Both the position numbers and the translations under genes were made by a program. The notes under the pieces are model-generated. The model had not been told where the DNA came from, made no database searches, and saw only the letters and a list, made by a program, of their open reading frames with translations. DNA of 64,000 bases from an uncultured Isosphaeraceae bacterium (GTDB taxonomy: Bacteria; Planctomycetota; Planctomycetia; Isosphaerales; Isosphaeraceae), in assembly GCA_963779675.1 (NCBI GenBank), contig CAVZZM010000003.1:1-64000 (forward strand), in the 5' to 3' direction. Positions 33,701-44,819 of the stretch are shown one piece after another. Within the stretch, counting starts at the first letter, position 1; each line of letters begins with the position of its first letter.

Positions 33701-36263
33701 CGCTACCAGCGTCGGAAGACGTCGGCCGGAACTGGAAGACATCCGGGTCGGTCGTGCCGAGGATCACCACCTCGTCGCTCGCCGGGGGAAGACCGGGGTT
33801 CACGTTGATCGTGTCCAGGTCGTCCGGCATGGTCGCCGGCGCGATGACGAACTGGTCGTCCCCCGCGAGCCCCTCCAGGCTCAGGATGCTCATCGCCGAG
33901 AACTGGACCTGGATTAGATCGCTAACGGCCACGGCGCCAAACTGAGCCGTGAAGGTGTTGGGGCCGTCGGTCCCGACGACGAACAACTCGTCGGTCGGGT
34001 CGCCGGTCCCGATAATGTCGAGGGTCGAGATCCCGACGTACGAGATCTCCCGATCCGGTGTGAGGACTTGGCCCGTGCCCGACGTGGCCCCGGGAGTCAC
34101 TAGGGTGAGGCCGGGTGAGGCATTCTCGATAATAAGCGTATCCCCTCCGAAGATGCCCAAGGCGTTCTCCGGCAACCCGCCGTCGACCTGGACCGGCAAG
34201 TTCGTGGCCCCCGCGTCGCCGATGATACGAATCGTGTCTTCGCCCGCCCCGGCGAGGATGTCGATCCGCTCGACGTCGATCGCCGTGCCCGTGGTCGCCA
34301 CGCCGTCAACGGTGGCGGTCACGATGTCGCCAGTCTGGGACACAGTGATCGAATTTGCGAATTCGGTGCCCTCGACCCGGATCGCGTCGTCGCCAGCCCC
34401 GCCGTTGAGCGTGTTGGTGCCGCCGCCACCATTGAGGACATCGTTCCCCTCGCCGCCGTTGAGCGTGTCATTCCCTCCGCCGCCGTTGAGCGTGTCGTCC
34501 CCCTCGTCGCCGAAGATGCGGGCCTGTCGCGTAATCCTCTCGTCAACCCGCACGAGGTCGTTGCCCTCGGCCGCGTCGACCAAGATCATGCCGGTCGGCG
34601 CGAACGATCCTTCGAACGTACCGTTGACATAGACGTCGATGAATCCGGATGTCCCGTTCGGCAGCAGTACGATAATGTCATCAACTCCAGTACCGCCCAC
34701 AGCCAGAGCAGTCTTCGTCGGATCGTCGGGGTCCGGGATCAGGCCAGCGGCGCTAACCGCGACATTCAAACTCGCCGAGGTCGTGCCGCCGTCGTCGTCA
34801 TGCACCGTCGCGGTCACGGTGAAGTTGCCGGTCTGGCGATAGGTATGCATCACCGAATTCAGCACCGGCAGTGCGAACGGGGGCGTCGCGAACGCCGGCA
34901 TGAACGCTGTAACGACTCCGTCACCGAAGTCCCACTGAATCTCATGATCATCGTCGAGGCCGGGATCCCCAAAACTAGCCGCGTATGTCGCCTCGAAACC
35001 GCGGACCCGCTTGGTCGGACCGACGAGGGGATCGAGGGTCGGGTCGACGTTGTTGACAGTGATCACAACATCGTCGGAGAGGAGGCTTGTGAGACCGGTG
35101 CTGTCCGTCACCTGAAGACGAAACCGAAAGGTCCCATTATCGCGTGGCGTAAAGGTGACAGTGGAATCGGTGGTCGGCAAGATCGTCACTGAATGAGGAC
35201 CGCTGAACAATGTCCATTGGTATGTCAGCACGTCACCTGGGTTGGGATCGCTCGAACCGCTGCCGTCGAGCGTGACCAAGTCACCTTCGTCTACTGTTTG
35301 ATCGAAACCGGCATTGGCGATCGGTGGTTGGGGAATGAGTCCATCAATGATGGTGTTGAGTTGGCTCTGGATGTACGAATCGTTCGGTACCTCTCCATGG
35401 AGGATCTTGGTTGTCGACGTATCCGGCAAACTCCCGAGGCTGGGTGGACGACCCAATCCCCCAACACCGTACGGTGGGACTCCGGGATCCGGTAGTGACC
35501 CGATGCTCGCCAGACCGAGGAGGTAATCGAGAGCCGTTGCGCCGCGTGAGCGCGTGTCCGAACCGTCGGCTGTGAGCCGATCATTCTGCTTCTGCTGGTC
35601 AGGGATGTTGAAGTCTTGAAGGACGCTTCTTTGAACGTTGCTCGTGTCGAGTTGACCGGAGCGGTTGTAATCGAATGGGAAGAAGTTGGTCTCTTGCCAT
35701 CGGTTGAAGAAATACTTTACTTGCGCCGAAGGATCGGGCAGTTCTGCACGATAGCCAGGCAAGCGTCCGGATCCGTCCGTGAACGAGGCTCCCCCGAAGG
35801 CCGTTGCGACGGTCCCGAGGATTGGAGCGCTCACAATTGCATTGCCGGGACTCGCGAATCCGACCGGATCGAGCACGCCGAGCAGGTCGATCTGCGTTGA
35901 TACCTGCTTTGAGACCTCAAGAACAGAGTTCCCGCCGAGGCTGTGGCCGATCACGATCACAAGATCGTCGTCGTCGTAGGAATTGATTATATTAGTCAAA
36001 TTGTCAATGAACTGAGACGGGGTCTTCGGATCGGGCGGATCGATCGCAGAGACACCGAAGCCGAACTGACCTCCCGTCAGCAAGGCTTGGATGATCGCCG
36101 TCGTCGAGTCGAATGTCAGCCCAAAATCACCCGGATCGCCCGACTCCTGCCGAGGGTCCGGGCTATTCCAGTTCGTCTCGTAGATATCTAGGAAATTATC
36201 ACCGTCCCGGTCCCAATCGACCGTGTTGAAAGTGTTGGCGAGGGATTCCAAGTGGCTCTTCAC
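30729..36263 (-). CDS. Giant secreted multidomain protein (about 1840 aa): N-terminal alpha/beta-hydrolase (lipase-like GHSLG) domain, PKD domain, and long RTX calcium-binding repeat region. At least three frameshifts
   Basis: VIVIGHSLGGNSV; PIANAGFDQTVDEGDLVTLDGSGSSDPNPGDVLTYQW is PKD-like; there are dozens of GGxGNDTL nonapeptides. Parts lie in ORFs 33288-36263, 32978-33514, 32614-33027 and 30729-32750. Confidence 0.7.
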
Positions 36264-36676
36264 GTCCTGAGGAATCGCCTCCCGGTAAATCCGTTTACGA
36301 AGAATGCGACTCCGAATCCGGCCAGCAGTCTACGATCCTCGAGGCCGTCGAATGCTAACCTGTGCTTTTTCGAGCACCATCGTGATCCGCAGACGACGCT
36401 TCACGTCGAGCAAGTCGGTTCTTGGTGCTGCGAGCCATCTTCGATTCTCCTGGGTGCTTGGCGACATCAGTCACAGGCCGTGCCGAGCTACAGTTGAGTG
36501 AATTGCCATTGAAGAAATAATCTTAAATATTCACGTATTAACGTGTTAGTCAGTTTGATTCAACGGCCAGCCGGCGCCTTAATTGGGCGAGGGGCGCGGT
36601 CCTCCGGCGGACCTCCCGCGAATTGTTGAAGTGAGGTGGCCTCGGTATGCGTTCTGCCCGACGGCGGCGTCGGGGG

Positions 36677-37099
36677 TCAGAGCGCCTCCCGGGGCTGCTC
36701 GAGGGTGAAGACGTCGAGTCGGGTGCCGTTGGGCAGGGAGTCGCTGAAGACGTCCCGGACCGGGGCGCCGGCGTTCTCCGCGATCACGGTTGAGAGATCA
36801 TCGCGCAGGGCGGCGTTGAGCTTGCGGCGGAGCTGGGACAGCAGCTCCAGGCCGTCCGGCGACTGCGCCAGATGCTGTTCGGCGGGGGACAGGGTGCCGT
36901 GCTGGCGGACGATCACCAGGTCGTCCACCAGGGTCACGCGCGTCTGTTCGGGGCCTCGGCCCAGGCGTTTCCGAAAGAAGTGGGTGATCGCGTTGGCGAT
37001 GTCGAGCTCGCGTTGCCGAGTGCCTCGGGGCCTCGGCTCCGTGGAAGGGACAGGTCGGGCTAGCATCGCCATCATTCCCACCTTTCGAAATCGATACAT
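36677..37099 (-). CDS. DUF2294-like protein
   Basis: LDIANAITHFFRKRLGRGPEQTRVTLVDDLVIVRQHGTLSPAEQHL ... GTRLDVFTLE. Confidence 0.5.
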   Translation of the reverse strand: MYRFRKVGMMAMLARPVPSTEPRPRGTRQRELDIANAITHFFRKRLGRGPEQTRVTLVDDLVIVRQHGTLSPAEQHLAQSPDGLELLSQLRRKLNAALRDDLSTVIAENAGAPVRDVFSDSLPNGTRLDVFTLEQPREAL

Positions 37100-37403
37100 T
37101 CTTCGTATTCGATCTTTTTATCCCAACCTGCGTTAGCATGCAGTGCATTCGACTTTGCCCGATCACCTATGCCGAGTCAAGGGTTTAGCCTCGTTACTTT
37201 GCTCTATTTGAGAAATTCCATGAATTTGCTTATGAGAACGCAAATGTTGCTTTATTACGCTAAGTCGATGCGGGTCGCCGGGCCATTGCCGGGCTTCCGG
37301 CAGGAGGCTGGATTGGATCGTTGAAATGATCGTGGCAAATTCCCCCGGGCCGTTTCGTTCTTCGGGCGTCACGCCTGATTGGGGCGGGCCACGTCCTTGT
37401 CAG

Positions 37404-37490
37404 GTCAGGCTGAAGCCTGACCTACAAGTCAACAGAAAGGATCGCCGAGAACGAAACGACTCAACAGAAAGGATCGCCGAGAACGAAACG
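37404..37490. repeat. REP-like hairpin copy B (inverted relative to A), followed by a tandem direct repeat of about 32 bp
   Basis: gtcaggctgaagcctgacctacaagtc, then caacagaaaggatcgccgagaacgaaacg twice. Confidence 0.55.
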
Positions 37491-37601
37491 GCGAGGCGGG
37501 TCTCCCCGCGCGATTGACTTGAACGGCATGCCGCCCCAGACTGGTGCCGGGCCGGGGGCCTGCCGTCCCCGCGTCGGGTTTCCACAGCGTGCGAGGCAAT
37601 C

Positions 37602-38544
37602 ATGAGGTCGACGAGAACGATGGCGGCGCGGGCCGCGCTGGGCGTGGCGGCGGTCGCTGGTCGGGATGGGGACGGGGAGTGTCCGCGCGGCCGACGAGCC
37701 GGCGACCTATCCCCTCTGGCCCGACGGGGCTCCGGGGGCGGTCGGCAAGGAGGAGGCGGACGTGCCGGAGATCACCGTCTATCTGCCCCCGAAGGAGACG
37801 GCCAGCGGCGCGGCCATCGTGATCTGTCCTGGCGGTGGATATGGCCATCTGGCGATGGATCACGAGGGGCACCAGGTCGCGCGCTGGCTGAACTCGATCG
37901 GCGTGGCCGGGGTGATCCTGAAGTACCGCATCGCCCCGCGCTACCAGCACCCGGCGCCGATCCAGGACGCCCAGCGGGCCATCCGCACCGTCCGGGCGAA
38001 GGCCGGTGAGTGGGGGATCGACCCGCACCGCGTCGGTATCCTCGGTTTCTCGGCCGGCGGCCACCTCGCCTCGACGGCGGGCACCCACTTCGACGACGGC
38101 GACTCCAGCGCAACCGACCCGATCGACCGCCAGGGCTGCCGCCCCGACGTGATGATCCTGGGCTACCCGGTCGTCGCGATGGCCACCGAGTACGCTCACG
38201 GCGGCTCGAAGCGGAACCTGCTCGGTGAGAACCCGCCGCAAGAACTGGTCGAGAGCCTCTCGAACGAGCGCCAGGTGACGGCCCAGACGCCACCGACGTT
38301 CATCGTCCAGACGAACGAGGACAAGGCGGTCCCGGCCGAGAACGCGATCTTGCTCGTCCTGGCGCTCCGCAAGGCGGGCGTGCCGGTTGAGTTCCACCTG
38401 TTCGAAAAAGGCCCGCATGGCCTCGGCCTGGGCGCCGGCCTGCCCGATCGCGGCATCGCCCCCGACAAGGCCTTCGGCGCCTGGCCCATCCTTTGCGAGA
38501 CCTGGCTACGGGGCCGGGGGTTCCTGGAAACGCCCTCGCGCTGA
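37602..38544 (+). CDS. Secreted alpha/beta-hydrolase-fold esterase/lipase (Abhydrolase_3-like), with a frameshift just after the signal peptide
   Basis: Signal peptide MRSTRTMAARAALGVAAVAG (frame 3); then ICPGGGYGH; GFSAGGHLA is the GxSxG nucleophile motif; HLFEKGPHG. Confidence 0.7.
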
Positions 38545-38642
38545 TCGAGCCAACGAGAGGACCATGTGCCATGCCCACCCCGCGAGATCGTCGAAGCGCG
38601 TTCGATCGGCGGGGTTCCGGTTCCTCCCCGACGCCCGGCCCA

Positions 38643-39524
38643 TCACGGTTTGGCCGGCATCTCCCGGACCTCGTCGAGCACCTCCGAGTTGTACTCGCCC
38701 CGCTGGTCGGGGGGCGGCAGGTGCGCTTTCAGGTCAAACCGGGGGCGGGGCTGGGAGAGCAGGAACGCCGAGAGGTCGCGGGCCTCGTCGTCGGAGAGGA
38801 ACGGGTCATCCAACGGCATGGACGCCTTCAGCCACGAGGTGAGGCCGTCGAGGGTCGCGAGCCCGGCCCCGGCGTTGTAGGACCGAGGGCCCCAGACCGG
38901 CGGGTTCCGCTTGTATCCCTGACCCTGTGCGCCGTGGCACGACGCACAGAAATCGGCGTACAGCGCACGACCTTCCTTCGGGTCGGCCTTCGACGGGTCA
39001 ACCTTCGGCCTGGGGAGATGCCTCGGGCCGAGGGGCTTCTCGGGGTTCATCGCCATCGCCTGGCCCTGCGAGAGCCAGGTGATGTAGGCGGCGACCGCGA
39101 CCGAGGCCTCGCTGCCGAGCGGAGGACGGGTGCCGTTGCAACTCCTCATGAAGCAGTTGCCGATGCGGTCCTCCAGGGTGATGACCCGTCCTTCACGGGG
39201 CGAGTAGGCGGGATAGGCCGTGGCGACCCCGACGAACGAGGCGGCGTCCGGATGGCGGCCCGCATCAAGATGGCACGAGGTGCAGTTCAGCGCATTGCCG
39301 CTGTAGGGCCTCGACGCGGGGTGATTCGGGGTGTCCTCGACGATGGCCTCGCCCTGACGGACGACCTCGCCAAGCGGCCCCTCCGGGTACGCCGGCGGGT
39401 CAACGCGTCGAACCGCGACCGCCTCATCCGGATCGCCCGCGATCCCGCGTGCGAACGAGCCCAGGACGCCAAGGGCAACCAGAACGAACGTGGTCGTGAG
39501 GCGGTGGGACTGGTTCCTCATCAT
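38643..39524 (-). CDS. Dihaem c-type cytochrome (two CxxCH motifs), secreted
   Basis: CTSCH and CASCH; N-terminal signal/TM segment. Confidence 0.7.
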   Translation of the reverse strand: MMRNQSHRLTTTFVLVALGVLGSFARGIAGDPDEAVAVRRVDPPAYPEGPLGEVVRQGEAIVEDTPNHPASRPYSGNALNCTSCHLDAGRHPDAASFVGVATAYPAYSPREGRVITLEDRIGNCFMRSCNGTRPPLGSEASVAVAAYITWLSQGQAMAMNPEKPLGPRHLPRPKVDPSKADPKEGRALYADFCASCHGAQGQGYKRNPPVWGPRSYNAGAGLATLDGLTSWLKASMPLDDPFLSDDEARDLSAFLLSQPRPRFDLKAHLPPPDQRGEYNSEVLDEVREMPAKP

Positions 39525-39619
39525 GAGGCACCCTCTAGGATTTCCGAAATCAGGACGACAATTTCGTGAATCCTAGGGGGCAGGGCAAGGCCAGGGCCTC
39601 ATGGGCCACTCATCCTCGA

Positions 39620-41250
39620 TCAACGGTCCCCCGCGGCGATCGGCAGGCTACGGGCCGCGTGCCAGCCGCTGGAGGTGGCCGTCATCGTGTCATCGTCGGC
39701 CGAGGGCAGGGGGGTGATTGGCTCCAGTTCGACGACCGGGCCGCGGGGCGGGGGGCCGCTGACGGCGGGGTCCATCTGAATGTCGACGGGGACGGCCCGA
39801 GTGGCGCGACCCGAGGACGCCCCGCCGTCGTAATCGCGCCCGTAACGGGAGGCGAGCGAGTCCCCGTCGCCGCTGTCGTCGCGCTGGGCCCTCCTCGGCG
39901 ACTGCCAGGCACCGGTCGAGACGGGGACGGGGCGCGGCCTCGCCTCGTTCGAGGCGATCGGCTCCAGGGCGCCGATGACCCGCTCCGGCGAGGGCAGGGG
40001 GATCATGCGGCCGGCGTCGCCACCGCCGCTGTCGCTCTGGGCTCGTAGCTTGACCGGCTCGTCCTCGTTGCGAGCGACGGCCACCGGGGTGGGTGTCGGG
40101 CGCCTTGGCGTGCCGCCGCCGCTCGCGCGGCGAGCAAGGCCTCGGGGGACGGAGCGGTCGGGTTGTAGCAGATCGCGAGGCTGTTCTTGTCGAGCATCCG
40201 GTAGATCGACGACGGGTGGGCGTACAGGCCGCGTCGGTCCTGCGGCGCGGCGAAGTCGCAGACGCCCGCCAGGTAGCCCTCGGTGGTGTAGAGGCCGCCG
40301 CCGGAACGGCCCTGTTTCGGGGCGTGGTTGCACTCGATCGCGACATAGTTCCGGCCGCCGACCATGCCGCCGAACTTCGGGTTGGTGATGTGGGTCGACC
40401 AGGCGGTCGCGTCGTTCCCCTCGGAGCAGCCGACGGTGATCATCGGCGTGTTCGGCCGGGGCACCCAGTTCGGCGGCACGACCGGCGAGGCCGCCAGCTT
40501 GCGGCCGGGGCGGATCCGGATCAGGCCGACGTCGGCGTCGAAGTCGTAGTCGATCGCCTGGCCCCGGACCGATTCGACCGGGTGGACCTGCGCGGGCCGC
40601 ATGCCGTGGAGCGTGCCGTCGAACAGGTCGACCTGGATCTTCAGCGGGAACCGCGACGGGTGCGGCTGCTGCCGGACGCCGTCCATCTTGAAGATGTGGG
40701 CACAGGTCAGGATGATCGTCTCGTCCGGGGTGCTGCGGATGATCGTCCCCGAGCCGAAGCCCACCGATCCCGAGCTGAAAATCCGGATGCGGACGACGGT
40801 TTCCCAGGGCTTGGGGAGAGTTCGTCGGGGTGCCTCGGCGTCCTGCGCGTTGAGGTCGCCGTCGTCGCCGGCCGGGGCATCCGCCACCTCGACGACCGGC
40901 CGATCCGCCGCGACCTGATCGGCCAGCGCCTCCTGGGCGGCGTTGTACATCTTCGCGAGTTCGAGGGCGGGCCGGGCGCCGCTGATCCGGTCGAGTTCGC
41001 GGCCCTGGCGATCGACGACGACGAAGGTCGGCACGCTGTCGATCTGGTATCGGGCGGCCAGGTCGGGGTCCTGGTCGATGTCGACCGACTTGATCGGGTA
41101 GCCCTTGCGGCGGAGCGTTTCGACGGCCGGGCGCATCTCCCGGCAGGGGCCGCACCACTCGGCGTGGAAGTCGAGCAGGACGGGGACGTCGTCGTTCGCG
41201 GCCGTCGGGATGGCCAGCAGGGCCAGGAACAGAGTGGAGAGGTGGGTCAT
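39620..41250 (-). CDS. Secreted thioredoxin-domain/trypsin-like serine protease fusion protein, frameshifted near 40130
   Basis: Signal peptide MTHLSTLFLALLAIPTAA; WCGPC thioredoxin motif; TCAHIF, D and GRSGGGLY resemble the trypsin-fold catalytic triad. Confidence 0.6.
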
Positions 41251-41829
41251 GCCGCTCGGACTCCTTTCCCCGGTTTATGACCGGCCCGCGCCGCCACGGC
41301 TCGGGCCGTCGAGGGCCGGCCGCGCGGAGCGCCCGCCATCACCGCCGATGACGTGGGGTGAGGCTGCCTCCGCGCCGGAGCCGTTGCGTTGCGAGACCGC
41401 GACCCGATCGTCGTGCGACCCGTCCGCGAACCCACGACATGAGGGTGCGGGGACGGACCGCGAGCGCCGGATCGTCTGGCGACGCCGAAAGAAAGGGGGA
41501 TGTCGAGCGGGGTGAACGGTCGAGGTGAGGGGTTATCCCGTCCCTTCCTTGGGCGGGCCTCGCGTGGCAGGCCCCACGTCCTCCCCTCATGGGAGAACGT
41601 GTCCCGGCAGTCCCGTCGCACGACCGGACCACCGGTCCCACGGTGCGCAGCGACCCGTCCCTGAGTCGTCCAGGCCCGACCTTCCCGGTCGGACCGCGCC
41701 AGTTGACGGTTAACGTCGCCATCACCGCGGTGGGCCTCTTTTACTCGGAGTCGGCGTGGTGTACCAGATCAGTTATCGGCAGTTCCACACGCAGACTTTC
41801 GAGAATCGGTCCACCGCGGTCAGAATCTT

Positions 41830-41875
41830 CAAAAATCGAGGCGGGGCCGACCATTGGGGCCCGCCCCGCCTCGAT
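41830..41875 (-). terminator. Rho-independent terminator for the gene ending at 41936
   Basis: 13-bp stem atcgaggcggggc/gccccgcctcgat; on the minus strand it is followed by TTTTT. Confidence 0.6.
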
Positions 41876-41935
41876 TTGATCGTCAAAACCCGAAGCCCGA
41901 GGGCCGATTGGTCGGTCGTCCGGGCATCGTTTTCC

Positions 41936-43688
41936 TTACTGGTTCACGCGGCCCTGCATGCCTGAGAAGATCGGCACCAGGCCCTGCTCGATCACCGGGC
42001 CGACCGGGCTGGGCACGACCAACTCGAACTGGTAGCCCTTCGGGCTGGTCGACAGGCCGACGCCCATCAGGGCCGGCTCTTTCGGCATGTCACCGGGGAC
42101 CGGGATCTGCTGGCCGAACATCGCCGAGAACTGCGAGGCCATCTGCCGCACCAGCCCCTGAGCGCTGATGAGCATCAGCGCCGTGACCTTCTCGGGCAGC
42201 ATCCGGCGCACTTCCTGGAAGCCCTTGGTGGCGCCGATGCCCTGATCGCCGGCCATGTAGGTGTCGATCTGGGCCTTCGCCTCGTCCCAGCTCGGCGCGG
42301 CGACCGAGAGGACGGTCTTGCCGTCGGTGCCGGTCCAGGTGGTCATTGAGTCGCCGCCGAACATGCCTTTCATCATCTCGACGGCCGCGGGGTTGTTCGG
42401 CTGCGAGGCGGCGAAGGCGTCGAGGTTGAAGGTGACGGTCGATCGTGTGAAGGAAAAGCCCTTGTAGTTCTCGGCATCGGGCTGGACGTCGACCTTCTTC
42501 ACGAACTCCTGGTCCCCCAGCTTGGCCGTGGACATCGCCTTCTGGGTGGCGATGGTCATCTCCATCAGCTTCTCGGGGTTCTCGACCGTCATGACGTTCA
42601 GCGTCCGCATGCCATTGGCGACGGTGCTGGCGCCGACGGTCTCGACCTGGCCGATTTCCTGCTGGATCGCCAGGGCCTTCTTCATCTCGGGAGACGGCTC
42701 GCCGCCGCCGTACAACATCGACATGCCCATCTGCTGGAAGCGGGTGAAGAGGCTGGGGTCGACGTTCATGTAGACGTAGTAGGCGGCGTCGGCGGGCATC
42801 TTGGCGAGGTTCTCGGCCGCCTTGTTCTCGGCCTTCGCCAGATCGGCGGCGGCCTTCGAGTCGGGCTTGAGGGTCAGTTCGCCGGTGACGTCCAGGGCGG
42901 CCTTGTCGAAGTCGAAGTTCAGGACGAGGCCGTCGGCAACCTTGATCGCGTCGAACATCCGGCCGTACATTTCGCCGACGGACTTCATCATGCCGGCGTT
43001 GCCCACCTGGTCGCCGGCCTGCTCCATGGTCGCGATGAGCTGCTTCCGGGCGGCGTCGATCTCCTCGCTGTATCGCGAGGCCAGCACCGCGACGTTGACA
43101 TAGATCCCGAGTTCACCGCCTCCAAGCCGCTCGGTCATCTCCGCCGGCAGGGCGTCCGCCAGCGACTTGCCCGACGGCTTCGACGCGTCCCGGACCAGGT
43201 CCTGATCGACCCCGAAGACGACGTAACCGTCTCCCTGGGTCGAGTAGACCGTGTCGCCTTGCGGGCCGGGGAACGAGTCGAGGCCGTCGACCTTCTTCAG
43301 TGTGGGTTTTTGCCCGCCGTTGAGCGCCTTCAACACGGCGTCGTAGTCCTTCGCCTGCACCAGCACGGCGAACGGCGGCATGCTCCCGCCCTGCTCGGGG
43401 GCGACCGCCCTTGATGATCGCCACGAGGGGCACCTGGGTGGCCTGTGCGTTCAACTGGGTCTTCAACTGCTCGACCGCCTGGTTGATCGCCGGCTCGACC
43501 TGGTCGGCCAGTCTCGGGCTCATCGCGCGGATCATCGCGAGCAGGTCGTCGCGCACCGGCTCGACCCCGCGCATCCGTACCACGATCTCGGCATCCGCCG
43601 GGACCGACTTCAACAGCATGGCTTCGCCGTCGGCCGGCGTCTGGCCCAGCGTGGCCGCCAGCGTCAGGGTCATCAGACAGGTCAGCAT
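41936..43688 (-). CDS. Hypothetical secreted protein (about 580 aa), frameshifted near 43380
   Basis: Signal peptide MLTCLMTLTLAATLG. Long ORF with protein-like composition. No domain recognised. Confidence 0.45.
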
Positions 43689-44002
43689 AACGAGAACTCC
43701 CGGGTTCGGCTCGAGGACCGCCAGGCCCACCCGGTATCGGAGGACACCGTCATGGCTGGCAACAGCTCTCAAGTGTACCGTGGGGAGTTGTGGTCGCAAG
43801 GTTTATGCCGATTGCAAGGGCCAATCCGATGGGGCCGGATCCGCCGGATTGAGGGTTCGGCCGCGTGACGTGCCCATGCCCGTCGGTCGGTGGTGGTGCG
43901 GCGGTCGGAGAAACTCCATCGAAACTCGTGAGAGGAAACGGACAGCCGCCCCGGCGGTCGCTTCGACGCGGGCGGCTGTTTCAATTTCCTGGAAATGGGG
44001 AG

Positions 44003-44761
44003 TTATTTCGAGACTTGTCGGGCCGTCAATCGGGCCTTGCGACGCCTCTTGCGCCGATCACGCTCCCGACGGCGGCGGGCCTCGCGCTCTTCGAGGCGGG
44101 GCGGTCGCGGCTCGTTGCGGGGCCGGCTCGACCGCGGCCGGTTGGGGCGGGGGCCGGGCGCGGGCGGTTCCGGCAGGGTGCCGTCGCGTCCCCAACGGTC
44201 GCAACGCAGGCAGTACGCATCCGGGGTGAGCGGGGCCGAGCCGCAGGCCGGACAGGGCGAGGACCGGCCCTGTTCCGGTCCGGGCCACGGGGTCAGGCCG
44301 ATTCCGACCAGCAGTGTCGGCACCGGTAGGCGGGGCCCGGCCGTTTCGCGTTCCGAGGCGACCTCCAGTTCGCTCAACTCGGCCGCGAGGTCGGGGGGCG
44401 GGTGCGGGTCCATGAGGAACTCGAAATCGGCGCATTTCTCGTTGCGGCAGACGTTCCGGCCCCGAGGCGGACGCGGCTCGGGGTCGCCGATCGCCATCCA
44501 GCACGGATCGTCGTCGCGGCCGTTCTCGACCAGGCGGGCCCCGAGCCGCTCGGCCGCCAGGGCCGAGAGAGTGACGACCAGGCCGTCGTCCCGCTCCCAG
44601 ACCTCGATCCAGCCGGCGACGTGCAGTTCCGCCAGCTCATCACAGGTTCGCTCAAGATCCCAGCCCAGCGCAACGGCGATCTCGGCGGGCGAACGCCACG
44701 CCAGGGGACCACCCCGTACCGCGTCGAGGACCTCACGCCCTCGTGCAAAGGTGTCGAACAT
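44003..44761 (-). CDS. Hypothetical protein (possible winged-helix N-terminus, Arg-rich C-terminus)
   Basis: ORF of 252 aa. Confidence 0.35.
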   Translation of the reverse strand: MFDTFARGREVLDAVRGGPLAWRSPAEIAVALGWDLERTCDELAELHVAGWIEVWERDDGLVVTLSALAAERLGARLVENGRDDDPCWMAIGDPEPRPPRGRNVCRNEKCADFEFLMDPHPPPDLAAELSELEVASERETAGPRLPVPTLLVGIGLTPWPGPEQGRSSPCPACGSAPLTPDAYCLRCDRWGRDGTLPEPPAPGPRPNRPRSSRPRNEPRPPRLEEREARRRRERDRRKRRRKARLTARQVSK

Positions 44762-44819
44762 CGCGGCGAATTCCCGTACAGGTTGAAGTTGCGGCGCGAC
44801 CGGGTTCCTTGAGAACCGA

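Noticed and set aside
41280-41930. Possible small genes in the 650-bp gap after the thioredoxin-protease gene
   Set aside because: Only short Arg-rich ORFs with no start or stop context. The region contains a clear terminator hairpin and is treated as intergenic or regulatory
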